Part shown: positions 38,705 through 48,666 of the stretch, piece after piece
Position numbering within the stretch: the first letter of the stretch is position 1
Layout of the letters: each line of letters starts with the position of its first letter
NCBI GenBank assembly: GCA_013003395.1
Contig: JABDJC010000083.1
Coordinates: 1 to 58,517 of the forward strand
Reading direction: 5' to 3'
DNA: 58,517 bases
Source of the DNA: Acidimicrobiia bacterium
Lineage (GTDB): Bacteria > Actinomycetota > Acidimicrobiia > Spongiisociales > UBA5794
Translations under genes and position numbers: made by a program
Notes under the pieces: generated by a model
Seen by the model: the letters and a program-made list of their open reading frames with translations, nothing else
Database searches by the model: none
What the model was told of the DNA's origin: nothing

Positions 38705-39468
38705 CGACCCTGGAAGTCGGCTTGTCGCTTGTCGACGAACGCCGCCACTCCCTCTTTGGCATCGTCTGTCGAAAAGACGCCGTTGAACGCTTCTCGCTCC
38801 ACCGTAAGCGCATCCTCGAGGGGGAGCCCGAAACCACCACGAACCGCGTGCTTCACCGCCGCATAGGCACGGGTCGGGCCGGCGGCGAACTCGTGCGCCC
38901 TCGCCAAAGTGGTGTCGAGAAGCTCGTCGCCGGGAACCACCAGGTCGGCAAGGCCGATCGCATGCGCCTCGTGCGCATCTAGGTGCCGTCCGCTCAGACA
39001 GAGCTCGAGCGCCTTTTGGAAGCCGACTATCCGAGCCAGTCGTTGAGTTCCGCCTGCGCCCGGAAGAATCCCGAGGAGGATCTCCGGCTGTCCCACCTTG
39101 GCGTCGTCTGCCATGAAACGGAGATCACACGCCATCGCGAGTTCGAGGCCACCGCCGAGCGCGTAACCCCTGACCGCCGCGATCACGGGCTTCTCGAGCA
39201 ACTCGATCGCACGCGCATACCGGCCGACACGGTTCTGTGGGTCTGGGCCCTCACCGGCGTCCATCGCTGCCTTGAAGGCCTTGATGTCGGCACCAGCGGC
39301 GAAATGCGGACTTCCTGTGACGACCACTGCCCTGACTGCGTGATCCGAGGCACGCTCGGCAGCCTCCATCAGTTCATCTCGAAGCTCCGCCGACAGCGCG
39401 TTGACCGGGGGACGATTCAGGGTGATGACCGCAACTGCGCCATCAAGGGAGTAGTCGACAAGACTCAC
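38701..39468 (-). CDS. Enoyl-CoA hydratase/isomerase (crotonase) family
   Basis: VAVITLNRPPVNAL..., GAGADIKAF, GGGLELAMACD. Confidence 0.9.
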   Translation of the reverse strand: MSLVDYSLDGAVAVITLNRPPVNALSAELRDELMEAAERASDHAVRAVVVTGSPHFAAGADIKAFKAAMDAGEGPDPQNRVGRYARAIELLEKPVIAAVRGYALGGGLELAMACDLRFMADDAKVGQPEILLGILPGAGGTQRLARIVGFQKALELCLSGRHLDAHEAHAIGLADLVVPGDELLDTTLARAHEFAAGPTRAYAAVKHAVRGGFGLPLEDALTVEREAFNGVFSTDDAKEGVAAFVDKRQADFQGR

Positions 39469-39504
39469 TGGCTCTCCTCAGGAAGTGGGAATTGGGAGCG
39501 AAGG

Positions 39505-40437
39505 CTACCCAGACGCGCCAAGGATCTGCAGCGCCGCCGACCAAGGGTCCATCGTGCGGCCGCGAACTGCTTCGAGCGCGAGGAGATATGCCGGATCGTC
39601 GGTGTGGGTCGCGACCTGACTCTCGATCTCGGCGCGGATCGCACTCCGCAACCGCGCTTCGGCTCGCAGGTTGCGCTCGGCGGACAGCCGTCCGGTGGTG
39701 GTCAGGTGATCGCGGTGATCACCGATGGCTTTCCAAAGATCGTCGAGGCCCGATCCATCGAGCGCGACGGTTTCGACTACTGGTACCTCCCATTCGGACG
39801 GCGCTCCCAGCATGAGCATCTGCCGGAGGTCGTTTACTGCCTCCGCGACGTTGGGCCGGTCTGCTTTGTTGACGACGAAGACGTCGCCGATTTCCAGCAA
39901 CCCCGCCTTGGCAGCCTGGACGCTGTCACCCCAACCTGGGTTGACGACGACGACCGAAGTGTCCGCATTCGCCGCGATGTCGACTTCAGCTTGTCCAACT
40001 CCAACGGTCTCGACGATGACCAGGTCGAACCCTGCACCGTCGAGAACGGCAATGACCCTCGGGGTTGCTTCGGAGATACCGCCGAGTTGGCCTCGACTGG
40101 CAAGCGAGCGGATGTAGACGCCATGGTCGTCGATGTGTGACTGCATGCGGACTCGATCGCCGAGGATGGCGCCGCCCGTGAACGGGCTCGTCGGGTCCAC
40201 TGCCAGAACCGCAACCTCGAGACCATCGCCACGCGCTTGGGCGATCAATCCGTCGGTGAGGGTCGACTTCCCAGCACCGGGAGCACCGGTGATGCCAAGG
40301 ATGTGGGCGTGTCCTGTCGCTGGATAGATGTCGCTGAGCGCTTGCCTGCCGGCAGGTGTTGCGTCCTCCACGTGGCTGATGAGACGAGCGAGCGCTCGTC
40401 GATTCCCAGCTCTGGCGTTGCCGACCAAGTCGTCCAT
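39505..40437 (-). CDS. meaB: MeaB/ArgK-type G3E GTPase (methylmalonyl-CoA mutase chaperone family)
   Basis: GAPGAGKSTL P-loop, VETVGVGQ and NKAD motifs. Confidence 0.88.
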   Translation of the reverse strand: MDDLVGNARAGNRRALARLISHVEDATPAGRQALSDIYPATGHAHILGITGAPGAGKSTLTDGLIAQARGDGLEVAVLAVDPTSPFTGGAILGDRVRMQSHIDDHGVYIRSLASRGQLGGISEATPRVIAVLDGAGFDLVIVETVGVGQAEVDIAANADTSVVVVNPGWGDSVQAAKAGLLEIGDVFVVNKADRPNVAEAVNDLRQMLMLGAPSEWEVPVVETVALDGSGLDDLWKAIGDHRDHLTTTGRLSAERNLRAEARLRSAIRAEIESQVATHTDDPAYLLALEAVRGRTMDPWSAALQILGASG

Positions 40438-40458
40438 GGCGGCGAGCTTAGGAGCGCC

Positions 40459-40770
40459 TCAGACTGCGATGACTTCGTTGACCCCTGGAACCCGATCGCG
40501 CAAGATTCGTTCGATGCCGGCCGTCAGCGTCATGGTGGACATCGGACAGCCACCACAGGCACCAACCAGCTGGATCGTGACCTTGCCCTCGTTTGCACCG
40601 AGGAGGACCATGTCTCCACCATCGGACTGGAGCGCCGGACGGATGTATTCGATCGTCTCGTTCAAGGTGTCGAGATCGATCGGCTCGAACGTGACCTCCG
40701 AATCCGACTCGGTGTCGGTGGTCTCGGAAGCGTCGGCGGCGTCAGTGATGGTGAGTGGGTCGTTTGTCAT
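40459..40770 (-). CDS. NifU C-terminal domain (Nfu-type) Fe-S cluster carrier
   Basis: 103 aa with GGDMVL... and GACGGCPMS (CxxC) motifs. Confidence 0.85.
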   Translation of the reverse strand: MTNDPLTITDAADASETTDTESDSEVTFEPIDLDTLNETIEYIRPALQSDGGDMVLLGANEGKVTIQLVGACGGCPMSTMTLTAGIERILRDRVPGVNEVIAV

Positions 40771-40820
40771 GTCGTCCTTTCAACCCGGCATGGCCAGGAG
40801 TATTCCCAGTGTAGGAAGGT

Positions 40821-41303
40821 TCAGCGAGCCATCGATGCGGCTGCCTCGTCGATCTCTCTGGCCGACGTGAAAGGTTTCAGCAGCGACGCCTTGACTGGGT
40901 CATGTGTCCGGTAGAACACGACCCATGGCGCAACGGCGGCCAATTCGACACCGGCTACGACATCGCCACTTCCACGTGTCGGGACGGTGAGTCGTCGCCC
41001 GCCATCGATGAAACAGAAATCGCCGATGACTTCGACATCCATCTCACCGGCGCGGAACGCGAGCCGCCACGCGCTGCAGTAGTTGAGGTCATCTGACGGC
41101 GGCGCGGTCGCCTCCGGTACGCGTTCGAGAACCGAGTGGCGAGCGTCCGCGTCGACCAGCAGATCCAGGTCGCCTACCTCGATCGGGATGCCTCTGCATG
41201 CCATCATCGCCGACCCCCCGAGGACGAACGGTACGCCTGCGATAAGTTGGGCGACCTCTTCGAGAGCTTCGAGAACGGGCTGCCCGGCGGTCATCGTGGC
41301 CAC
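40821..41303 (-). CDS. Nucleotidyltransferase-fold hypothetical protein
   Basis: The VLGGSAMMACRG...VGDLDLLV pattern resembles minimal nucleotidyltransferases (GS...DxD). Confidence 0.5.
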   Translation of the reverse strand: MATMTAGQPVLEALEEVAQLIAGVPFVLGGSAMMACRGIPIEVGDLDLLVDADARHSVLERVPEATAPPSDDLNYCSAWRLAFRAGEMDVEVIGDFCFIDGGRRLTVPTRGSGDVVAGVELAAVAPWVVFYRTHDPVKASLLKPFTSAREIDEAAASMAR

Positions 41304-42622
41304 CGGCGCTGCTCGAATCCGACGATGCCTTCACGTTCCGCCGGTGGAACGATCGTGAGGCCGGATGCGGTACGACGGAATGCCCACTCCCCTGCCGGGA
41401 GGTCGGCGACCGGGACTCCGTTGGCTCGAATCTCAAACACACCGGTGGCGTCGATGGCAATCTCGCCACGTCCCCACGCAAGCCCGACGAGAACAGATTC
41501 GGGTACCAGGTCGTCTCGCACGACTGGCTCGAGGCCTCCGTAGTAGTGGCCAAGGATCTCGACGTACGACGAGCCGGCAGCGCCCATTGCGTTGGCCCCC
41601 CATTGACTCATTCCGATGCCGTGTCCCCAGCCTGTGCCGAAGAACGTCACCGAGCCCGAATCGGGACGGTCAGATGGAGGCAGCAGTCGCTCCAGGCGAG
41701 GTGAGCGTGACGAGGCCGGCTCTTCGTATTCGATCGTGAATGTGTAGGACAAGATCGCCTGCGGCCAGCGGCCCCCGGACGGTCGCGAGGCAGGCAGCAG
41801 TCCCGGATACAACTCCTGACCGGCGCCGTTGAATATCCATCGCACATCAGCATTCGGGATCGACGTCACACCCGACTCGGTGGCGACGTCCATGAACCAG
41901 GGGCCACCATCGTCGGGCGTCGACCGGACCCGGACGAACCGCACATCTGCACCGATGTCGAATCCCGCGGCCCGCAAGATTCTCCCGAACGCTTCGACGG
42001 GGATTTCGACCTGCCAGTCCCAATAGGGCGTAACCCCTTGCTCAGGTGACTCCACCGACTGCAGATACGGCAAGGACGAGCCGCCCCATATGTCTGACGA
42101 CGTGCGCGTACGCGGACCGGAGGACGATGAATACAGCGTCTGGGCAGGGGAACCGTTGTAAACGAGGATCTCACCGGACGTTGCCGCCACTGCCGCCGTC
42201 CAACGATCAACGTCGCTCGACGACGCGATTCCCGCATACACCTGGCAAGCGGTTGACGCACAGATGTCGTATCCGATTCGACTGCCGGAGGCGGTTCGAC
42301 CTCTCGCCAGAGTCCAAGCCAAATAGGTTCTGGCGGCGACGGCTTGCGCGGCCAGCGTTTGCTCTGGCCAGCTGAACGGCACTTCGCGGATTCCGGCGAG
42401 ATACGAGTCGAGCGGAACCTCCTCAACGATCGCCAGTCCGTCCGAGAGCGGCTGGATCGACATCGTCCCGCCATAGCGGCGGCCCTGGAAGACGAACGTC
42501 GTACCGTCGGCCGGATGCAGCGTTATCTGTTCGAGTCCGGTAGGAACCTGGGCTGAGACCGCAGCCGTCGGCAAGCTCATCGCCATGACCAAGCCGATCA
42601 CGAGTACCGACCGACGCAACAT
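41291..42622 (-). CDS. SpoIID/LytB domain-containing secreted protein
   Basis: Signal peptide MLRRSVLVIGLVMAMSLPTAAVSAQV. The SpoIID-like core includes YLAGIREVP..., AQAVAARTY and the C-terminal GHGIGMSQWGA. ATG at 42622 shares one nt with the murA stop. Confidence 0.85.
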   Translation of the reverse strand: MLRRSVLVIGLVMAMSLPTAAVSAQVPTGLEQITLHPADGTTFVFQGRRYGGTMSIQPLSDGLAIVEEVPLDSYLAGIREVPFSWPEQTLAAQAVAARTYLAWTLARGRTASGSRIGYDICASTACQVYAGIASSSDVDRWTAAVAATSGEILVYNGSPAQTLYSSSSGPRTRTSSDIWGGSSLPYLQSVESPEQGVTPYWDWQVEIPVEAFGRILRAAGFDIGADVRFVRVRSTPDDGGPWFMDVATESGVTSIPNADVRWIFNGAGQELYPGLLPASRPSGGRWPQAILSYTFTIEYEEPASSRSPRLERLLPPSDRPDSGSVTFFGTGWGHGIGMSQWGANAMGAAGSSYVEILGHYYGGLEPVVRDDLVPESVLVGLAWGRGEIAIDATGVFEIRANGVPVADLPAGEWAFRRTASGLTIVPPAEREGIVGFEQRRWPR

Positions 42623-43884
42623 CAGTCGCTCTCTTCGATCCTCTCGATGTCCGCGCCGAGCGACGCGAGGTTCTCGACGAAGTCGGTGTAGCCGCGATCG
42701 ATGTGATGCACTTCGGTGACGACGGTCTCGCCCTCTGCACGAAGTGCGGCACACACGAGAGCGGCACCGGCTCGAATGTCAGTGCCGTCGACGGGACAAG
42801 AACTCAGCGTCTCAACGCCACGTACGACGATGTGCTGGCCATCGGTCGTGATGTCTGCACCCATGCGGTTGAGCTCGCCGATGTAGCGGAATCGAGCGGC
42901 ATAGATGTTCTCGGTGACCACTGACACCCCTTCGCACACCGACAGCAGCGCGACCATCTGAGGGTGCATGTCGGTGTGAAATCCCGGATACGGCAGCGTT
43001 GCGAAGTCCACTGGCGACGGCCGAGCCGGGCCCGTCACCTGGAACCAGTCATCGCCGTGCGTGATCTCGCATCCCGTGGCTTCGAGCTTTCGCAACTCCA
43101 TCCGAAGGTGTTCCGGAATGCAATCGACAACTCTCACGGTGCCGCCAGTGATGGCGGCGGCAACGGCGTACGTACCTGCTTCGAGCCGATCGGGGACGAC
43201 TCGATGGTGCGCTGGCTCCAGGTTCGGAACTCCTCGGACGGTGATCGTCGACGTGCCGGCGCCCTCGATTTTCGCGCCCATCTTGTTGAGCAGGCTCGCC
43301 ATGTCAGCGAGTTCTGGTTCACGCGCCGCGTTGCCGATCACTGAGGTTCCCTTGGCGAGCACGGCGGCGAGTATCAGGTTCTCTGTGGCTCCGACGCTCG
43401 GAAACTCCAACATGACCTCTGCACCTTCGAGGCCATCGGGGGCCGTTGCCACCAGCTCGCCGTGAACGAGTTCGAACTGCGCGCCGAACGCTTTCAGTCC
43501 TTCGAGATGCATGTCGATGGGTCGCGAGCCGAAGTCGTCGCCGCCAGGCAGCGCGACGCGAGCCTCGCCACATCGAGCCAGCAGGGCGCCAAGGACGAGG
43601 ATGGAGGCCCGCATCTTGCGAACGAGTTCGATTGGAGCTTCCGGCCGAGGGCTCTCTGGCACATCGACGACGAGCGAACCGTTCTCACGCCGGGTGGTTG
43701 CCCCCACGTGTTCGAGCACTTGTCGCATGATCTCGACATCGATGATGCCTGGGACGTTGTCGAGCCGGTGCTCGCCGGGCGCCAGCAACGTGGCGACCAT
43801 CAACTTCAGGGCAGCGTTCTTGGCCCCCTTGACTGCGACGTCGCCATGCAACGCATTTCCGCCGGAAATGTGGAATCTGCTCAT
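42622..43884 (-). CDS. murA: UDP-N-acetylglucosamine 1-carboxyvinyltransferase
   Basis: MSRFHISGGNALHGDVAVKGAKNAALKLM..., 420 aa from ATG 43884. Confidence 0.95.
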   Translation of the reverse strand: MSRFHISGGNALHGDVAVKGAKNAALKLMVATLLAPGEHRLDNVPGIIDVEIMRQVLEHVGATTRRENGSLVVDVPESPRPEAPIELVRKMRASILVLGALLARCGEARVALPGGDDFGSRPIDMHLEGLKAFGAQFELVHGELVATAPDGLEGAEVMLEFPSVGATENLILAAVLAKGTSVIGNAAREPELADMASLLNKMGAKIEGAGTSTITVRGVPNLEPAHHRVVPDRLEAGTYAVAAAITGGTVRVVDCIPEHLRMELRKLEATGCEITHGDDWFQVTGPARPSPVDFATLPYPGFHTDMHPQMVALLSVCEGVSVVTENIYAARFRYIGELNRMGADITTDGQHIVVRGVETLSSCPVDGTDIRAGAALVCAALRAEGETVVTEVHHIDRGYTDFVENLASLGADIERIEESD

Positions 43885-43915
43885 TGGACCGCAGTGTATT
43901 GCGGGTTTGCCCAAA

Positions 43916-44425
43916 TCATGGTTGCACGACGAGGCCGTTGAGGAACACGTCAGCGTGCGGCTCCCACGACGAGTTCGGTGCTCGCATTTCGACACCGATG
44001 CCCGAACCGTCCGAGTTGACGATCATCCGATGCCAGAGCACACCGCCGTCGAAACCACCTCGGGATCGAACGCTCCCGTCATCGAGGACGACGATCTCGT
44101 CGAGTGAGGCCCCACTGCCTTCGGCAAGCAACTGCCAGAACGCCTCAGAGACTTCGCGGGTCGGAGCAGGCCAGGTCCCGCCGACGGCTTCGACAACCCC
44201 CTGCGGATCGAAGACCGCTGCATTCGCGACGACGTCGACCACCTCCGCATCATCGACTTGGAACCCAATGAAATCTGTTCCAGTGGCGAACGACCAGCCG
44301 TTCGGATGGCTCGCGCAGAAGCTCTCGACGCACACGAGGTCGGTACCGGTGACTGCTGGCGCCTGCGCGCCGCCGGCGCCGCACGCAACCGCAACAAGCA
44401 ACACAAAGGGAAGTAGGCGCCGCAT
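43916..44425 (-). CDS. Hypothetical lipoprotein
   Basis: MRRLLPFVLLVAVACG signal with a lipobox. Confidence 0.6.
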   Translation of the reverse strand: MRRLLPFVLLVAVACGAGGAQAPAVTGTDLVCVESFCASHPNGWSFATGTDFIGFQVDDAEVVDVVANAAVFDPQGVVEAVGGTWPAPTREVSEAFWQLLAEGSGASLDEIVVLDDGSVRSRGGFDGGVLWHRMIVNSDGSGIGVEMRAPNSSWEPHADVFLNGLVVQP

Positions 44426-44509
44426 CAGAAGGACGATACAACCGACCTCGCGCTACTTCCGGCACGGCGTCATCTACGCTTTGTCCTCCACCCAACGCTG
44501 GAGGAGTCA

Positions 44510-44959
44510 GTGAGAGTCGCGCTCGGTTCGGATCACGCCGGCTTTGAACTCAAGGAAGAATTGAAGTTGCGCCTCGCCAAGAGTGGCTACGCCGTGATCG
44601 ACCTCGGCACAGATTCGACGGAACCGGTCGACTATCCCGATTTCGCTGCGGCCGTCGGCAGGGCCGTCGTCGCCAATCGTGCTGACCGAGGGATCGTGGT
44701 CTGCGGCTCCGGCGCCGGTGCGAGCATCGCTGCCAACAAGCTCCAAGGAATTCGCGCGGCGCAGGCCACCGACACCTACACCGCCCATCAGTCCGTGGAA
44801 CATGACGACGTGAATGTCCTCGCCCTCGGCTCGCGAGTCACCGGCAGCGCGGTTGCGCACGAGATCGTCGACTCGTTCCTGGGAGCAAAGTTCAGTGGCG
44901 AGGACCGTCATGTTCGTCGCCTGAACAAGGTGCTCGACCTCGACCAGAATCGAACCTGA
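44510..44959 (+). CDS. rpiB: Ribose-5-phosphate isomerase B
   Basis: VRVALGSDHAGFELKEEL...GIVVCGSGAG.... GGAGGAG RBS before the GTG start. Confidence 0.92.
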   Translation: MRVALGSDHAGFELKEELKLRLAKSGYAVIDLGTDSTEPVDYPDFAAAVGRAVVANRADRGIVVCGSGAGASIAANKLQGIRAAQATDTYTAHQSVEHDDVNVLALGSRVTGSAVAHEIVDSFLGAKFSGEDRHVRRLNKVLDLDQNRT

Positions 44960-44965
44960 CGCCCA

Positions 44966-44988
44966 GTGCGAATCATCTCGATTCGCAC
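44966..44988 (+). terminator. Perfect 9-bp stem / 5-nt loop hairpin after rpiB
   Basis: GTGCGAATC-atctc-GATTCGCAC, 7 nt after the rpiB stop. A GGTTTTG tract lies 10 nt further on. Confidence 0.5.
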
Positions 44989-45013
44989 GACGTGGATGGT
45001 TTTGTAGCATCGA

Positions 45014-47080
45014 ATGATGGATCCATCGCACTACCTGAACCGAGAAATGTCTCTGCTCGATTTTCAAGAGCGAGTTCTCGAACTCGCGGAGCAGCCCGAC
45101 GTACCCCTTCTCGAGCGGCTGAAGTTTCTTGCCATCGTCAGCCAAAACTTGGACGAGTTCTTCCAGGTGCGAGTGGCCGGCCTCAAGGAGCAGGCCAATG
45201 AAGGCATCACCGCAGCAGGGCCCGACGGCGTTGCGCCGCGCAAGTCTCTCGAAGCAATTCGAGTCAGGGCTTTGGATCTGACGGCGCAGATCGACGCCAT
45301 ATTCCACGAACAACTCCATCCTGCGCTCGCAGCGGCCGGGGTCGAGATCTCCGCGTGGTCGGACCTCGACGAAGCCGAACGCAAGGTGGTCACCAGGATC
45401 TTCGAGACGGAGATCTTTCCGGTTCTCACTCCCCTCGCCGTCGATCCCTCTCACCCTTTTCCCTACATCTCGAATCTGTCGGTGAACCTCGGTGTGGTCC
45501 TCAGCCACTGGGAGGCCGGCAGAGTCGAGTTTGCCCGGGTGAAGGTCCCGCCGATCCTGCCGCGATTCATCCAGGTCGGCGAGAACGATCGATTCGTTCC
45601 GATCGAACAAGTCATCGCCGCGAACCTGGGCCAGCTGTTCCCCGGAATGAATGTGCTTTCTCATCACATGTTCCGCGTCACCCGGAACGCCGACCTGGCC
45701 GTGGAAGAGGCCGAGGCGAACGACCTGCTCGAGGCGATGGAAAGCGTGCTGCGTTTCCGTCAACGATTCGCGGCGCCGGTCCGGCTCGAGGTCGCGCCGG
45801 AGACTTCGGACCATGTCCTTGCGCTCCTGCAACACGAACTCGAGCTGGGACCCGACGATGTCTACGTGTCGACGTCGCCGTTGGGTCTCGGTGCCCTCTG
45901 GTCGCTCTACGGCCTCGACCGTCCCGATCTCAAGGACGATCCGTGGAAGCCGACGACGCAGCCCCGGCTCGACGAATCGAGCGGCGACATCGACATGTTC
46001 AAAGTGTTGAGTGAGGGCGATGTCCTGATCCATCATCCGTATGAGTCGTTTGCGACCTCTACCTCTGCGTTTCTCGCACAGGCGGCAGCCGACCCAGATG
46101 TGCTCGCCATCAAGCAGACGCTGTATCGGACCTGGGCGTCTGAGGATCCGGCCATCGGTGGTGAAGAGGAGATCGTGCGGCATCTGATCGAAGCGGCCCT
46201 CTCGGGCAAGCAGGTCGTGGTGTTGGTCGAACTCAAGGCGCGGTTCGACGAAGAGGCCAACATCAACTGGGCCCGCATGCTCGAGGCTTCCGGCGCTCAC
46301 GTCGTCTACGGCGTCAAGGGCCTCAAGACCCACTCGAAGATCTTGCTGGTTGTTCGCCGAGAACCCTCGGGCCTCAAGCGCTACTCCCACATCGGCACAG
46401 GCAACTACAACCCGAAAACTGCGCGGATCTACGAGGACATCGGAATCTTGACCTCTGATCCCGACATTGGCGACGACCTTTCCCGTCTTTTCAACGAACT
46501 CACGGGGTACAGCGGCGCAACCGACTTCCGAAAGATCCTCGTTGCACCGCGAACGCTTCGCCCTCGACTGCTCGAACGCATACGCGAGGAAGCGGCCAAG
46601 GGTTCAGATGGCTCCATCGTTTTCAAGATCAACCACCTGGTCGACCCCGAGATCATCGAGTCGCTCTACGACGCGTCGTCAGCGGGGTGCCAGGTCCAGC
46701 TGGTGGTGCGCGGCGTCTGCAGCTTGATCCCCGGAGTGCCTGGCATGTCAGAGAACATCACCGTACGGTCGATCTTGGGCCGGTTCTTGGAGCACTCTCG
46801 GATCTATCGCTTCGGACAACCGAGCAACGGCGCGGTGTACTACACCGGATCAGCCGATCTCATGCCTCGAAACCTCAATGGTCGTGTTGAAGTGGTCGTG
46901 GCGGTGACCGCACCGTCGATGCAAGCGCGGATCGAAGAGATCCTCTCGATCGCTCTTGCCGAGGACACCACGGCGTGGGTGCTTGGTCCGGACGGCACCT
47001 GGACTCGCTCATGGACACCTGGCGGTACCGACCTCCAGAATGCAATGCAAGAACGCGCTCTCACGCGGTGGACCACCTGA
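45014..47080 (+). CDS. ppk: Polyphosphate kinase 1
   Basis: 688 aa. YLNREMSLLDFQERVL N-terminus and two PLD-like HKD regions (KTHSKILLV...). Confidence 0.95.
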   Translation: MMDPSHYLNREMSLLDFQERVLELAEQPDVPLLERLKFLAIVSQNLDEFFQVRVAGLKEQANEGITAAGPDGVAPRKSLEAIRVRALDLTAQIDAIFHEQLHPALAAAGVEISAWSDLDEAERKVVTRIFETEIFPVLTPLAVDPSHPFPYISNLSVNLGVVLSHWEAGRVEFARVKVPPILPRFIQVGENDRFVPIEQVIAANLGQLFPGMNVLSHHMFRVTRNADLAVEEAEANDLLEAMESVLRFRQRFAAPVRLEVAPETSDHVLALLQHELELGPDDVYVSTSPLGLGALWSLYGLDRPDLKDDPWKPTTQPRLDESSGDIDMFKVLSEGDVLIHHPYESFATSTSAFLAQAAADPDVLAIKQTLYRTWASEDPAIGGEEEIVRHLIEAALSGKQVVVLVELKARFDEEANINWARMLEASGAHVVYGVKGLKTHSKILLVVRREPSGLKRYSHIGTGNYNPKTARIYEDIGILTSDPDIGDDLSRLFNELTGYSGATDFRKILVAPRTLRPRLLERIREEAAKGSDGSIVFKINHLVDPEIIESLYDASSAGCQVQLVVRGVCSLIPGVPGMSENITVRSILGRFLEHSRIYRFGQPSNGAVYYTGSADLMPRNLNGRVEVVVAVTAPSMQARIEEILSIALAEDTTAWVLGPDGTWTRSWTPGGTDLQNAMQERALTRWTT

Positions 47081-47081
47081 G

Positions 47082-47954
47082 ATGGTCCAACCGATTCTGG
47101 CTGCAGGCGGGGTCGTCTACCGGCAGAAAAAGTCCGGTGACGTCGAATTCCTTCTCGTCCATCGACCGAGATACCAAGACTGGACGCTGCCGAAGGGCAA
47201 GCTAGACGATGGCGAAACGTTCAAAGCCGCAGCTGAACGAGAGGTAGCCGAAGAGACCTCGTTCAAGATCGTCACCGAAAAGAAGATCGGCACCATCGGA
47301 TACGTCACGCCCAACGGAAACGACAAGATGGTTCGCTTCTGGTTGATGCGGACGGTGGGCGGCAAATTCAAGGCCAACGACGAAGTCGACCAGATCCGCT
47401 GGCTCCCCTCGCTGGAGGCGTATCGGGCGCTCAGCTATCTGCGAGAGCGGACGGTCCTGGAACGGGCCAATCGGTACCTCGCCGATCCGACGAGCGGGCG
47501 CATCTATTTGGTGCGACACGCGTACGCCGGTAAACGGTCGAACTGGACGAAGGATGATCGAGTGAGGCCATTGTCCAAAGCGGGGCGCAAGCAGGTGTCC
47601 CTGCTCACCGATGTGCTGTCAGAAGAACCGGTCGTCCGCATTCTCTCCAGTGATTACAAGCGCTGCCACAACACGGTGGCGCCACTCGGCAACCTGCTGC
47701 AGATCGATGTCGAACCCGAATCGTCGCTCGCCGAAGGCGCGTCTGCAGACGAGGTGCTCAAAACGATTCGTGAACTTGCTCATCGGCCATCGGTGCTGTG
47801 CAGCCACGGCGACGTCATCGGTGCGACCATTGGTCGATTGCACGCCGAGGGGATTCCATTGAGCGGCGAAATGCGTTGGGACAAGGGCTCGATCTGGCTT
47901 CTTCAGACCTCACGAGGACGGGTCGTCACTGGCCGCTACCTTCCAGCCGTCTGA
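47082..47954 (+). CDS. NUDIX hydrolase fused to a histidine-phosphatase (SixA/PGAM-like) domain, MutT1-like
   Basis: Nudix box GKLDDGETFKAAAEREVAEETS, followed by IYLVRHAYAG (RHG-type motif) and CSHGDVIG. ATG lies 1 nt after the ppk stop. Confidence 0.85.
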   Translation: MVQPILAAGGVVYRQKKSGDVEFLLVHRPRYQDWTLPKGKLDDGETFKAAAEREVAEETSFKIVTEKKIGTIGYVTPNGNDKMVRFWLMRTVGGKFKANDEVDQIRWLPSLEAYRALSYLRERTVLERANRYLADPTSGRIYLVRHAYAGKRSNWTKDDRVRPLSKAGRKQVSLLTDVLSEEPVVRILSSDYKRCHNTVAPLGNLLQIDVEPESSLAEGASADEVLKTIRELAHRPSVLCSHGDVIGATIGRLHAEGIPLSGEMRWDKGSIWLLQTSRGRVVTGRYLPAV

Positions 47955-48622
47955 CGGATCCAGTTGTCGGTGACCTCGATCAGCTCACCCATGACCTCGT
48001 CGTCGGTTCGCCCCGTCCGCTTTGGAACGTGGAACGAGTGATTCGCGTCCGGCACCTCATGCAGGGTGGAGTCCGGGACCTTGGCCACCACTGAGCGCAC
48101 GATCTCGATCGGACCGAGGGCGTCTCTGGTTCCCGCGAGGAACAGCGATCTCGTGCGGGTCTGTTGTAGGTGGGAGGTGTCGCGAGGTTCGGTCTTGCCC
48201 ATCGCCACGAGTGGGTAGCCGAAGTAGACCAGGCCTGCGGTATCGAAACGCTCAACCGTCTTGCCGTTCTGGTCCACGCCGGCAGCGAGATGGGACCCCA
48301 TGCGGCCCCCCATCGACTTGCCGGCGAGAAAGACGTTCTCGACCCGTTCTGCCAGTGTGCGAGCCGCGGCGAGATGGACAGCCAGCAACTTGCCTGGGGC
48401 GTCGGGCCGCTTGCGTTTCGCTTCCGTGTAGGCGTAATTGAAGGTGAGCACGGTGTGCCCCCGTGAGACGAGGCCGTTGCGAGCGGCCACCATGAACGGA
48501 TGGTCTTGACCGGCACCGGCTCCGTGGGCCAAGAGCACGCCCGAGGAAGTCTCGGAAGCTTCGGCGAGCATGCCCGTGACAACTTCCTCCGGGGCCCATT
48601 GGATTTGGATCGTCTTTGCCAT
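47936..48622 (-). CDS. Alpha/beta hydrolase (dienelactone-hydrolase-like)
   Basis: 228 aa from ATG 48622. GKSMGG nucleophile elbow and a C-terminal DxxH. Confidence 0.75.
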   Translation of the reverse strand: MAKTIQIQWAPEEVVTGMLAEASETSSGVLLAHGAGAGQDHPFMVAARNGLVSRGHTVLTFNYAYTEAKRKRPDAPGKLLAVHLAAARTLAERVENVFLAGKSMGGRMGSHLAAGVDQNGKTVERFDTAGLVYFGYPLVAMGKTEPRDTSHLQQTRTRSLFLAGTRDALGPIEIVRSVVAKVPDSTLHEVPDANHSFHVPKRTGRTDDEVMGELIEVTDNWIRQTAGR

Positions 48623-48666
48623 GACACCAACGTTAGGCGCACGAGAATTCGGGCCCGAAAGCGTTA

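Noticed and set aside
44507-46390. 627-aa minus-strand ORF, the longest unannotated ORF in the track
   Set aside because: It lies entirely antisense to rpiB/ppk1, which have unmistakable family motifs. Its composition is Arg/Asp/Gly/Leu-heavy and low-complexity, typical of shadow ORFs in high-GC DNA, and it has no recognisable domain.
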